The notes under the pieces were generated by a model, which did no database searches, was not told the DNA's origin, and was given only the letters and a program-made list of their open reading frames with translations. Below are positions 33,385 through 42,878 of a DNA stretch of 44,370 nucleotides, in pieces. Made by a program: the position numbers and the translations under genes. This DNA is from a virus. Positions within the stretch are counted from its first letter, which is position 1. The number at the start of each line of letters is the position of its first letter. The DNA is taken from the IMG/VR virus record IMGVR_UViG_3300045988_013117. One strand, written 5' to 3'.

Positions 33385-35241
33385 TTAGGCGGCAAAGCCG
33401 GGCCGCAACCCACCAGAATAGTAAGCGTAATAGTTGGTGTAGGTGCCATCAGTCCAAACAATCACGAAATCGGTAGTGTTGGTGTAATAAGGAGAACGAA
33501 GGCCCCACCAAACCGCCGTGGACACGGCGGAATGTTTATAGGCAACCTTACTGTTACCAGCCTTATAGTAATCATACTGAAGTTGACTATTCTGTTCATA
33601 TTGATTGGCCCAATTTCTTGTGCCGAACACTTCAAACTCTGCCAGATCAAACAGATAATCAGTTGTAGCAGTAACCGCCCCGGAAGTATTGGAAGCATTA
33701 CCGGTGTTGTCGGTGTACTTGGTTACAGGTTGCATCACGGCTCGCAAGTCAGCGGGAAGCGCCGCCATAAGGCTGTTGGAAACCGGGCTGGTAGGGGTTC
33801 CACTGTTCCCGTACAGGGTAGAACGCTTATAACAGGATTTCCAACCACCGCTATTGCTGTTGTTCGGGTTCCAGTTAAAATATCCGTTACTACTCTGACC
33901 GCTGTTATATTGAGCATCACACAGGGCAACCGGGGTGGTTCCAATTTTTCCAATCTGGAAGTGAATTCGGTTGCTTCCTTCTCTGGAAGCGTTATGATTG
34001 AAGCCCAAGATGAAAACATTGATGGAAAGATTACTGAAGGTGGTGTTTCCAACCTTGCCATTGATGGTGATGGGCTTCATATCACCAACCGCCCAATAGT
34101 TGGCCCCTTGTCCGGCGCTACTCACTTGCCGGATAGTTGCCCAACTGTTTTCAGAAAGGGTTCTGGTTGGGTATGTCACTTTCACAGAACAGGTCTTACT
34201 TGCGGGGGCTGTGTGATTGGTGCCAGCGGCCACGCTGACGGTCACTGTGGCGTTTCCGTTGGCTTTGGCGGTAACAGTAACCACATTCCCGGAAACGCTC
34301 ACAGAAGCCACGCTGGGGGCGCTGGAAACGGCGCTGATAACACCATCCCCGGCCCGTGTAACTGTGATGGTGTCGGTCTGCTTGCCAACATTCAGATCAA
34401 TGGAAGATTTGTTCAAAGAAAGGCTTCCAGCGGCCTTTCCAATCGTCCAAGCAACAGTTTTGGCGTTGGTGGTTCCATCGTTCCATTTGTAGTTTGCGCC
34501 GGGGGTGAAGGTGGCGTTGTAGCTTCCGGCATTGGTGCCGCTGGTAGTTCCCCCAAGGGTCATTTTCCCGGAATCATAGTTGGCCCAAGTGGGGCTTTGG
34601 GCGGCTCCGGTATAGGTAAGGCTTCCACTTTGAGAAGGAACCGGCATAGAAGCCCTTCCAATCGTCCATGTGACTTCCCGTGCCGTTTTGCTTCCATCAC
34701 TCCATTGGTATTTTTCTTTCGGGGTGAAGGTTGCCGTATAGGTTCCCGCATTGGTGCCGGTAGTCACACCGCCAAGGGTCAAAGCGTTGGGATCATAGCT
34801 GTTCCAAGAAGGGCTTTGGGCTTGCCCGTTATAGGTCAGGGTTCCGTTCTGTGTGGGAACCACATTGATAGTGAATGCAATGCTGTTCACAGCTTCCAAG
34901 GCCGCATCAGCGGCATCTTGGGCATTCTGCGCCGCTTCCACACAGGTGTTGATCTGCCCCAACAGATAGGGGTGGGCTTCTTTATCTTCATTGTGGGTTT
35001 TTACCTTGCTTTCGGCGGTTCCCTTCTGGTCATAGTTCATTTCAGGAAGTTGTTCAGCCGGAACCTTCCCATCTACCAAATCGGCCTTGTTTTTCTGCCC
35101 GTCCTGAAGGTTTTTGATACCATCGGCATTTTCTTTCAGGGCGGCATCAATCTTGTCCATGTTGCCGTTCTGAACTTCAACATCATAAAATTCAGAAGCA
35201 AGGGGCTTGGTCAATTTGTAATTTTCGGTTTGATTTGCCAT
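33385..35241 (-). CDS. Tail fibre / receptor-binding protein, DGR target (VR at the C-terminus)
   Basis: A 618-aa ORF following the XkdU-like gene. It contains two tandem ~70-aa repeats (34432..34866), a Big_2-like Ig domain, and a C-terminal WWGLRSP...GLRPGF variable region. Confidence 0.85.
   Translation of the reverse strand: MANQTENYKLTKPLASEFYDVEVQNGNMDKIDAALKENADGIKNLQDGQKNKADLVDGKVPAEQLPEMNYDQKGTAESKVKTHNEDKEAHPYLLGQINTCVEAAQNAQDAADAALEAVNSIAFTINVVPTQNGTLTYNGQAQSPSWNSYDPNALTLGGVTTGTNAGTYTATFTPKEKYQWSDGSKTAREVTWTIGRASMPVPSQSGSLTYTGAAQSPTWANYDSGKMTLGGTTSGTNAGSYNATFTPGANYKWNDGTTNAKTVAWTIGKAAGSLSLNKSSIDLNVGKQTDTITVTRAGDGVISAVSSAPSVASVSVSGNVVTVTAKANGNATVTVSVAAGTNHTAPASKTCSVKVTYPTRTLSENSWATIRQVSSAGQGANYWAVGDMKPITINGKVGNTTFSNLSINVFILGFNHNASREGSNRIHFQIGKIGTTPVALCDAQYNSGQSSNGYFNWNPNNSNSGGWKSCYKRSTLYGNSGTPTSPVSNSLMAALPADLRAVMQPVTKYTDNTGNASNTSGAVTATTDYLFDLAEFEVFGTRNWANQYEQNSQLQYDYYKAGNSKVAYKHSAVSTAVWWGLRSPYYTNTTDFVIVWTDGTYTNYYAYYSGGLRPGFAA
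33394..33518 (-). repeat. DGR variable repeat (VR)
   Basis: The counterpart of the TR. It encodes residues ~575-617 of the tail fibre. Confidence 0.9.
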
Positions 35242-35783
35242 CAGTTCATTACCTCATTTCTCATTTGGTCATGGGTGTATGCGGCAAGCTGGGCATGGGT
35301 GAACCGTCCAAGTTCAGCATGGGTATTATAAAGCTGAAGAAGGGTCACAATCAGATTTTGCGGAACCACCCGATCCAACAGTGATTCAACATCACTAAAG
35401 TTGTTTTTTGCCGCCAGCCCAATTTTCACAATAAGCTGATAGGTTCCTTCCATCACTTCAGCCGAATAATTCCCGGAACCGCAAAGGGTTTCAAGAATAT
35501 TTCTCAACTGCGGAAGTGTGTATGGAAGTTCTTCATTCAATCGGGTCAGAATACGGAACCGGCGATCTTCCAAGGTGTCTGTTCCCTTGGGGGTGATCCC
35601 CAAAATCTTTTCCCATCTGGACAGGCCCAAATTACCAGCCGTGGAAATGAACTGATTATTCAGAAGATTATCAGAAGAACCCCAAGCGGATTCAAATTCC
35701 GGTTGTTCGGCTTCTGAAATCCCTTTGAATTCCGCATAATCCCGGACAACATAGGGAAGATAATTGATCAGTTTTCTATCCAC
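35241..35783 (-). CDS. XkdU/YmfQ-like tail protein (DUF2313)
   Basis: A 180-aa ORF with a family-typical N-terminus (LINYLPYVVRDYAEFKGI), positioned after the baseplate J gene. Confidence 0.7.
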   Translation of the reverse strand: MDRKLINYLPYVVRDYAEFKGISEAEQPEFESAWGSSDNLLNNQFISTAGNLGLSRWEKILGITPKGTDTLEDRRFRILTRLNEELPYTLPQLRNILETLCGSGNYSAEVMEGTYQLIVKIGLAAKNNFSDVESLLDRVVPQNLIVTLLQLYNTHAELGRFTHAQLAAYTHDQMRNEVMN

Positions 35784-35797
35784 TTTCCATCACCCCT

Positions 35798-37030
35798 TCA
35801 TGCGTTGATCGTGATAACGCTGGGGGAAATGGAACCCAATACCGGGATATGGTCAAGTTCCAAAGTGAAGTTGGAAGCCTCGTCATTGATTTTTGTATTG
35901 GCAATATCCAGAATACCGGAAATGCCCAACAACCGGCTTTCAATTTGGCTGATACGAACCACAAGGGGTTCCGTCTGATCCGCCCAACTTTCTGCCAGTT
36001 CTGTAAAATAACTTTCAATGGCTTCCGTCACATATCCCGAAACATCGTCCCAATCCCAATCCCGCTGGTAATACAAAGAAAAGGCCAAATTCACCGTTTC
36101 TTCTTGAACACCTTCCACCCTAACAACATGACCGATGGGGGCAATTCCAACGCCTTCCCCCGCATTCTGAAGGGGATCAACGGCGGTTTGAACCTGTTCC
36201 ACCAAAGACGGGGAAGGAACCGTGAAAGTGCTGTTGATGATCACCAGCTTCACGGTTCCGCCAACGGTCAATTTATTGTTTTGGGCGGCATAGAACACCG
36301 CATCCAGCCAGCTTTTCACCGCTTCAGGAACATCAGAAAGGCCGCTGATCCATTCGGAAGTTCCTTCCGGGGGAATCATTTCAGCCGGGGAAAAATCGCT
36401 ATTCCAAGCCCGGTAAACCTTCACACCACCCACGCCGGGAATGGCGTTGACCTTTTCAATATAGTCAATGCGGTTTCCGCCGAAGGCTTGGGCGTTCAAG
36501 CTGTTGAAATAACGCTGTCTGAAAACCTCGGTATCTTCTTCATCTTCACCCGGAACCAAAATGGAAGTAATGGTGCAAGTCTGAAGGCCATCCACATATT
36601 CAATGGGGATCACCGTTCCGGTGCAGTTGTTCCCGGCTTCACCAGCCGTTTCACAGGTCAGTTCATAATTACCATTCCCACGATCAGCGGAAACATAGTA
36701 ATTCAGTTCACCGATGGAAAAGCGGGTATTCATGGGAAGAAACAAGGTTGTGGGAGTAATCGCCATCTGCAAAATTGCGGGGCTTGCCGGTTGCGGGGAA
36801 AGGCCCCGTTCACCGGCTCTTTGGATCAGATAGGGGCGGCTTGCGGTATCGGCAAAGGTTTCATTCAGCACCGTATCAAGGGCAATATACAGATTTTGCA
36901 GTTCCACAGCGGCGGGGGCGTTCCCAAGCCACACCAGCGATCCTTCACGGGTGTCAAGATTGCTGTTGATAGACAGCGCCTTTTGAAGCATCCGGGCAAG
37001 GATCACTTCATAGGTCTGCGCTTCATACAT
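35798..37030 (-). CDS. Baseplate J-like protein (XkdT)
   Basis: A 410-aa ORF assigned by synteny and size. Confidence 0.8.
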   Translation of the reverse strand: MYEAQTYEVILARMLQKALSINSNLDTREGSLVWLGNAPAAVELQNLYIALDTVLNETFADTASRPYLIQRAGERGLSPQPASPAILQMAITPTTLFLPMNTRFSIGELNYYVSADRGNGNYELTCETAGEAGNNCTGTVIPIEYVDGLQTCTITSILVPGEDEEDTEVFRQRYFNSLNAQAFGGNRIDYIEKVNAIPGVGGVKVYRAWNSDFSPAEMIPPEGTSEWISGLSDVPEAVKSWLDAVFYAAQNNKLTVGGTVKLVIINSTFTVPSPSLVEQVQTAVDPLQNAGEGVGIAPIGHVVRVEGVQEETVNLAFSLYYQRDWDWDDVSGYVTEAIESYFTELAESWADQTEPLVVRISQIESRLLGISGILDIANTKINDEASNFTLELDHIPVLGSISPSVITINA

Positions 37031-37437
37031 TAGATTTCAACCCCCATTTCTGTATTGATTTCACCAAAAATGCTGACCACCGTGAAAGTGGTCAGCACCT
37101 TTTTCTTGTTCACTTCAAATTGAAAATTTTCAACGGCGGTGATCCGGTCATCCTGAAGCAAGGCTTCCCGAACCCGCCGTTCAATTTCAGGAATACAGTA
37201 TTCCACATCTTGCCCAATCAGATTGTGAAGTTCCACACCATAGTTCCAAGAATGGATCAGCCATTCATAGCGTTCAGTGTTCAGAATCAAATACACCGCT
37301 TGTTCAACGGCTTGAATCTGATCAATGGTTCCAATGATGGTCAAGCTATTATGGTTCATGCGGAAGGTTCTGCTGGGAAGCGTTTCAAACTCAAAATCCT
37401 GCCGCAAATCATCCCCGGTCTGTGGGATCATAGCCAT
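37030..37437 (-). CDS. XkdS-like baseplate protein (DUF2634, gp25/W-like)
   Basis: The start is set at MAMIPQTGDD (37437), preceded by GAAGGGGG. The longer ORF-track start overlaps the upstream gene. Confidence 0.65.
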   Translation of the reverse strand: MAMIPQTGDDLRQDFEFETLPSRTFRMNHNSLTIIGTIDQIQAVEQAVYLILNTERYEWLIHSWNYGVELHNLIGQDVEYCIPEIERRVREALLQDDRITAVENFQFEVNKKKVLTTFTVVSIFGEINTEMGVEI

Positions 37438-37874
37438 TCCCCCTTCAAGGCCGGGTTCGCTTTGATACGATCCAGCACTACAAATTTTTTGCCCTTCTGC
37501 ATCCGGGCCAGAAGCACCCAATCACCAACCACAAGGGCATTATGAACTTTGAATTTCTTTCGCCCCTGAATGGGGTGGTTGTGGTTTATGGGGGTTGCTT
37601 CACCGCCCCCGGTATAGGTATCAACAACCGGGTGGCCGTGGCTGATCACCACCGTTTGGTGGGAAACCGTCATATCCACTTCATAATCAGTGACATTCCG
37701 GGTCAGTACCAACATTTTTTCTGTGTAGATTGCTTTCTGATCCACTTGGATTTTCAGCGGTGAAGCGGAAATCACTTCACCAAACAACAGATTCACGGGT
37801 TTTCCAGCTTCCACGGCTTCCACAGCCGCCTTTTTTACTACTTCCACAGCATTAGGCAATGAATTCACCCCCAA
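37428..37874 (-). CDS. XkdR-like baseplate/spike protein (DUF2577)
   Basis: A 148-aa ORF assigned by synteny. Confidence 0.6.
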   Translation of the reverse strand: MGVNSLPNAVEVVKKAAVEAVEAGKPVNLLFGEVISASPLKIQVDQKAIYTEKMLVLTRNVTDYEVDMTVSHQTVVISHGHPVVDTYTGGGEATPINHNHPIQGRKKFKVHNALVVGDWVLLARMQKGKKFVVLDRIKANPALKGEWL

Positions 37875-38811
37875 TCAAATCAAGTTCCATCCGGTGTTCA
37901 TTATCCTTGAAAGTGTGGGTGACTTTGTTCACCACCATGAAATTGTTGGTGATTATATCCCCAAGGTTCAGGGCAACCACCACGGCGCTTCCGGCTCTTA
38001 CCCGAACATCCCCAAACGCATCTTGGATGGTCAAGCGTCTGGTTTTTTGGTCATACAATTTCAATAGGGCATCCGCCTTGGCGGAAGCACCGGTTTTGGT
38101 CTGGATTTCTTCAAAATACTGAAGAACGCCCCATTGGTTGATTTTTTCACCGTCTTGGGCCACATACAATTCCCGCTTGCCGGTTTCCTCGTTGTTATAG
38201 GCCAGCTTAATTTTATTATAGGTCTGATCATCAATGCTGGATTCATAACTGAAATTTTCACCGGTTTCTTCATCAATCAGAAGATCAAGTTTCATGGAAT
38301 TGATGTTTTTCAAGGTCAGCTTTCCAACATCATCATAAAGAACAAACAGTTGCTTGGTATTCATCAGGGTTTCATCCAAAGCATTCTGAATCATATCAAA
38401 CAGGGTTTGGTTTTCTTCCACGATGGTTTCAATGGTGTACCCGGTATCTTCCACATCACCAAGGTTCAACTGGAAATCGGTTGCCAACCGTTTCAGAAGA
38501 TCAGAAGCCTTCAGCCCTTCTTCTGTCAAAGTGTCCTTGTTCTTCAGGTATCGCAACTGATCAAAAGCCACAACATCAATGGTGGGGCCTTTGCCCCGCT
38601 TTTTCTTGAAAACGAATCCATAAAACATGGGGGTTCCGTCAACCGTCAGCTTCACCGGATCACCTTCTTGGAAGTTTAGTCCGGCGCACTTGACAACGGT
38701 AAATTCCAGCTTTCCGGGGGTTCCTTTGCGCTCCAAGGTCAGCTTGGCCCCTTCTTCAACAACCGGATATTGAATTGTACTGCCGTGTTGAATGAACAGT
38801 TCAACGGCCAA
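37852..38811 (-). CDS. XkdQ-like tail/baseplate hub protein (late control D-like)
   Basis: A 319-aa ORF located after the LysM protein. Confidence 0.7.
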   Translation of the reverse strand: MAVELFIQHGSTIQYPVVEEGAKLTLERKGTPGKLEFTVVKCAGLNFQEGDPVKLTVDGTPMFYGFVFKKKRGKGPTIDVVAFDQLRYLKNKDTLTEEGLKASDLLKRLATDFQLNLGDVEDTGYTIETIVEENQTLFDMIQNALDETLMNTKQLFVLYDDVGKLTLKNINSMKLDLLIDEETGENFSYESSIDDQTYNKIKLAYNNEETGKRELYVAQDGEKINQWGVLQYFEEIQTKTGASAKADALLKLYDQKTRRLTIQDAFGDVRVRAGSAVVVALNLGDIITNNFMVVNKVTHTFKDNEHRMELDLIGGEFIA

Positions 38812-38826
38812 ACAGAATCACCCCTT

Positions 38827-39498
38827 TCAGGAAGGCAAAGTAAGAACCTGATTAGGATAAATCAAATTAGGGTTCTTGATTTTATCCTTGTTCAGATTAT
38901 AAATTTCAGTGTACCGGGAACCGTCCCCAAGATATTTCTTGGCAATATTCCAAAGACAATCCCCGGATTTTACGGTATAGGTGGTAGTTTTGGGGGCGGT
39001 GGCGGTAGGCCGGGGGGCTTCTTGAACCGTTGCCTTGGGCGGCTCTGCGGGGGTAGCCGGTTGTTTGATGGTTACGGTCTTGGTTCCATAGGCTTTGTAT
39101 TGCTTCAGGTTCACTTTCACCTTCACATCAAACCCGGCCCCGGCATCATCCGTGATTTCATAGTTTTCCATTCCAACTGTCAGGTTGGTATAGAAGAACA
39201 TCCCGCCATTGGGCCTTTGCCGGTTCAAAATCCATTGGAAAGGCTCTTTGCTGGTTTTCAACCGCTCAAACAAAGAAAGGTAATAGCTTGCGGATTGCGC
39301 CCCGCCATTGGTAAAAGGATAGGAAACTTGGGGAAGCAACAGTTCAAAAGACACATCAGACAGGCCAGCGGCTTTCAAAATGTTGATTTCTTCCCCATTG
39401 ATCAGGGTCATGGTTTTATTTTGGTTATTGATCTTCACAGTTACTTTGGAAGGGGTGATGGGCATAAGCACACCACCCAAATACATTTTGTATGCCAT
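38827..39498 (-). CDS. LysM-domain tail protein (XkdP-like)
   Basis: It carries a C-terminal LysM motif: YTVKSGDCLWNIAKKYLGDGSRYTEIYNLNKDKIKNPNLIYPNQVLTLP. Confidence 0.8.
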   Translation of the reverse strand: MAYKMYLGGVLMPITPSKVTVKINNQNKTMTLINGEEINILKAAGLSDVSFELLLPQVSYPFTNGGAQSASYYLSLFERLKTSKEPFQWILNRQRPNGGMFFYTNLTVGMENYEITDDAGAGFDVKVKVNLKQYKAYGTKTVTIKQPATPAEPPKATVQEAPRPTATAPKTTTYTVKSGDCLWNIAKKYLGDGSRYTEIYNLNKDKIKNPNLIYPNQVLTLPS

Positions 39499-41642
39499 TA
39501 CTCATGCACCCCTTCTTCAGAAACATCCAGCTTTTCAGCAAAATCATTGGCCCAAGCATCCATGATCCCGTCAAGATCGGTGTCATTGGAAATGTGGTTT
39601 TCATTGTGCTGTTCAACATGAATTTCAGCCGTGGTGAACCGGTTGATTGCTTCACGCTCGGCAATATCCCGCAAATAGGCCAAATCTTCTTCCGCAATGT
39701 CAAGGGCATCACTCATAGCGGCGGTGTTCCCCGCCGTGTCCCCGGTGTTGCCATAGATACCATCAAGGGTGTTGCCAAGATTGAAGGCATCCAGCCCATC
39801 AGCGGCCCCCAAGCTGTCCATTGCGGAAAAGTCGAACAAGCCGCCCACGGTATCTTCCACACCTTGGCCGAACTCATAGCCCATATCAAAAGCGGCCCCG
39901 TATTCAAACCGGCCCAACTTCATATCATCGGCGTTCAGCTTTTCCATGACTTCTTCACCCTTGCCGAAGGTGGAATCCACCCAACCGCCCAAGCTGTCAC
40001 GCCAGCCTTGGACGGAACCGGCAAGATTAGAACCAAAGATGGTATCAATGGCCGAAGCCAACGCTTGAAGCACGGAAAGAACAGTGTCCGCCAAATCGAA
40101 GAACAGGCGGCAAACTGCCCCAACCGGATCATTGAAAACATTCCCGATGAAGTTTGCAACGGTTCCCACAAGGTTATAGATCATCACAAATACATCCACA
40201 ACCAAGTTCCACAAGGCAATGAAGATGTTTCCGATGAACGCCAACGCCGCCATGAATGCGCCGCAAATCAGGCCGGTTGCAGAAACGCTTGTACCAGCAA
40301 ACTTATTGACCGCCGCCACAGCCGCATAGAACAGGGCTACAAGGGCAATCACCAGAATGATGATCCATACCAAGGGGCAAGCATACAGGGCCGCATTTAG
40401 GCCGTATTGCGCCGCCGTTTCAGCGGCGGTGGCCGCTGTCAATGCGCCGGTTGCGGCAAGCTGGATCATCTTTGCCCCGGCCATAGCGATATGAATTCCC
40501 TTGGTGATAAGGGCCACAGAATTTGCGGCCATCTGCGCCCCGTAGTACACCAACAAAGCCCCGGCCACACCATAGATGATGGGAGAAAGCCACGACCAGT
40601 TATCCACCACCAATGCGGCCCCGCCAATCAGAAGATCAAGAACCCAAGTGGCAACAGAAGCGATCCCGGCAAGGCCATTGATAATCCCATCCGTTACTTG
40701 GGTAAACCGTTCACTATTTCCAATCTGATTGATCTTGGTCAGGATCGGGGCAAAGATGGAAAGGGCCTTGTTCTGCATGGAAGTCCAAATCTGCGCCCAA
40801 GTCTTGGGCATAGATTCAAACTTTGCATTGGTTTCATCAGCGGCGGCAAACATAGCGTTTTTCACCACTTCAGCGGTAATCAAACCTTGTTCCGCATAAG
40901 ACTTGATGGAACCTTCTGCAATACCCATATAGCTTTCAATGGCTCTTGCAATTCCGGGGGCATTTTCCAAAATGGAATTCAATTCTTCACCACGCAAAGC
41001 ACCAGCGGCCATAGCTTGGGTAAGCTGAAGCATTGCGGCGGATTGACCTTGGGCAGAAGCGCCGCCGATTACAAATTGCTTGTTGATTTGCTCCATGAAA
41101 GCAATGATTTCATCCGTGCCATTAAAGGCGGATTTTGCATTGCTCCCCATACTCGCAACGGCGGAAGCAGTATCAAAATAGGCAGATCGGGAACGCTGGG
41201 CGGAAGCCATGATTTTCTTTTCCAGTTCTCCCACGGAACCGCCATCATCCACAATCAAATTCAACCGGGCCTTGGTGCTTGCCAAGGTGTCAGATAGGCC
41301 AAGGATTTTCTTTGTTGCCGCCAAACCGCCCACCGTGGCCGCAATTCCTTTCAGCTTGCCCCACAAACCATCAGCGGCGGTGGTGCCATCCCTGATCCTC
41401 CGGTTGAATCGGTCTTGCTGGTTGCCAGCTTCCCGGATATTTTCTTCAATTTCATCAAAGGCGGCCCCGGCTCTTGCCAATTCTTCACGGGCTTCACGAA
41501 TGGCCGAAGTATCAACCGAATTACCGGAAGCCCTTTGCATAGCTTCAAAGCTGTTCAGCACAATGTTCATGGCCTTGTGCATTGCCTGAAGGGGGGCGGT
41601 TACACCATCATAAAGGGCGATAGCGGTTCTAATGGTTGCCAA
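39498..41642 (-). CDS. Tail tape measure protein
   Basis: A 714-aa ORF rich in Ala/Gly helices and TM-like segments. It uses a TTG start with an AAGGTGA SD and follows the chaperone genes. Confidence 0.85.
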   Translation of the reverse strand: MATIRTAIALYDGVTAPLQAMHKAMNIVLNSFEAMQRASGNSVDTSAIREAREELARAGAAFDEIEENIREAGNQQDRFNRRIRDGTTAADGLWGKLKGIAATVGGLAATKKILGLSDTLASTKARLNLIVDDGGSVGELEKKIMASAQRSRSAYFDTASAVASMGSNAKSAFNGTDEIIAFMEQINKQFVIGGASAQGQSAAMLQLTQAMAAGALRGEELNSILENAPGIARAIESYMGIAEGSIKSYAEQGLITAEVVKNAMFAAADETNAKFESMPKTWAQIWTSMQNKALSIFAPILTKINQIGNSERFTQVTDGIINGLAGIASVATWVLDLLIGGAALVVDNWSWLSPIIYGVAGALLVYYGAQMAANSVALITKGIHIAMAGAKMIQLAATGALTAATAAETAAQYGLNAALYACPLVWIIILVIALVALFYAAVAAVNKFAGTSVSATGLICGAFMAALAFIGNIFIALWNLVVDVFVMIYNLVGTVANFIGNVFNDPVGAVCRLFFDLADTVLSVLQALASAIDTIFGSNLAGSVQGWRDSLGGWVDSTFGKGEEVMEKLNADDMKLGRFEYGAAFDMGYEFGQGVEDTVGGLFDFSAMDSLGAADGLDAFNLGNTLDGIYGNTGDTAGNTAAMSDALDIAEEDLAYLRDIAEREAINRFTTAEIHVEQHNENHISNDTDLDGIMDAWANDFAEKLDVSEEGVHE

Positions 41643-41687
41643 TAGGGGTTCACCTTCTTTCCAAAGGAAAAAGGCCGGGGCCAGCGT

Positions 41688-42310
41688 TTACCGCTTCCGG
41701 CCCCGGCGCTTCTTTCGTTCAAGTTCTTTTTGCTTTTTCTTTTCCCGTTCAACCCGAACATCAATAGCGGCAATAATGAACGCCCGTTCCTGCCGGTCAA
41801 GGTTGAAAAACTGGGAAGGTGTCAAATGAAGTTCATGAAGGCAATAGTAAGCAATGTTCGCTTCACCATCACCTTCTTCAATTAGTTTTTTGCTTCATCC
41901 ACCTCATCCTGAAGGGTGGTTTCAAAGCCGCAAACCTCCTGAACCTTGGTCAGATAGTCGGCATACTCGCCGGGGGTCAGCATGGTTTTCAGAAGGGCTT
42001 CAGCACCCATAACACCATAGCTGTCCTGAAGTTCCTTGTCATTCAGGTTGGGGAACACGGTACAGGCCACCGCCAGCTTGCCAAGGTACATATCATAGTC
42101 GGTTTCCTTCTGGTACTGATTTTTCTTGCCGGGAACGGGAACCCGCTTGGCACAGGATTTCCGAAGGGCTTCATCCTCGGTGCCGGTGATAGCTTTGATT
42201 TCCCATTCAATGGGCTTCTTGGTGGTTTCGTCCACAAAGCGTTTGGAAACCGCAAACTTCACATTTTCGACCTTCAGGGCGTTTTTCGCCAGAAATGCAG
42301 AAAGGCTCAT
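41688..42310 (-). CDS. Tail assembly chaperone -1 frameshift product (G-T-like)
   Basis: The slippery heptamer A_AAA_AAC (41891..41885) ends on the last sense codon. The -1 frame stays open for 65 codons to the TAA at 41690..41688 and has no start codon of its own. Confidence 0.55.
41882..42310 (-). CDS. Tail assembly chaperone (XkdN-like)
   Basis: A 142-aa ORF between the tube and tape measure genes. Confidence 0.75.
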   Translation of the reverse strand: MSLSAFLAKNALKVENVKFAVSKRFVDETTKKPIEWEIKAITGTEDEALRKSCAKRVPVPGKKNQYQKETDYDMYLGKLAVACTVFPNLNDKELQDSYGVMGAEALLKTMLTPGEYADYLTKVQEVCGFETTLQDEVDEAKN

Positions 42311-42388
42311 TGTTAAATTCCTCCTATTTTGTGATTATAAAAGAAAAAACCCGCCCACATTCTCAAAATGGGGCGGGTTTTGACAGTG

Positions 42389-42859
42389 TTACTCCATTCC
42401 CGCCAGCAAATTGAAGGTTTCGGGCATCTCGAAATCCTCAAAGGTGAAGTCCATATCTTCATCCAAGTATTCCGCATCAGCGTCAAACTTGGTCAGAATG
42501 CCGCCATCAATGTTGCAATCCTTCAGGATCACGGTTTGACGGCCCACAGAAGAAGTGGGATCTTCATTGGTCACCTGAATGTCAAAATAGACATCCTCAC
42601 CGGTGTCCTTATACCGCTTCATCATTTCACGGAAAATGCTGGTGTTGTAATGGAAAGTTGCGGAACCCGTACCAGTCCAGCCGGTGGCCTTGTTACCCTT
42701 GCCGGTCTTGCCCAAAATGGGAACTTCCGTCTTGTTCTTCTCAAAGTTGGCTTCAAGGTTGATAGCCTGCATGAAGTTGTAACGGTTTCCTTCAATGGTC
42801 ACAAAGCATTCCGCCAAAGAAGCGGAAATGGCATCTTTGGCGTTCATCACAGTTGCCAT
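42389..42859 (-). CDS. Tail tube protein (XkdM-like)
   Basis: A 156-aa ORF directly after the sheath gene. Confidence 0.85.
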   Translation of the reverse strand: MATVMNAKDAISASLAECFVTIEGNRYNFMQAINLEANFEKNKTEVPILGKTGKGNKATGWTGTGSATFHYNTSIFREMMKRYKDTGEDVYFDIQVTNEDPTSSVGRQTVILKDCNIDGGILTKFDADAEYLDEDMDFTFEDFEMPETFNLLAGME

Positions 42860-42878
42860 AGTTCAAACCCTCCTTCCT

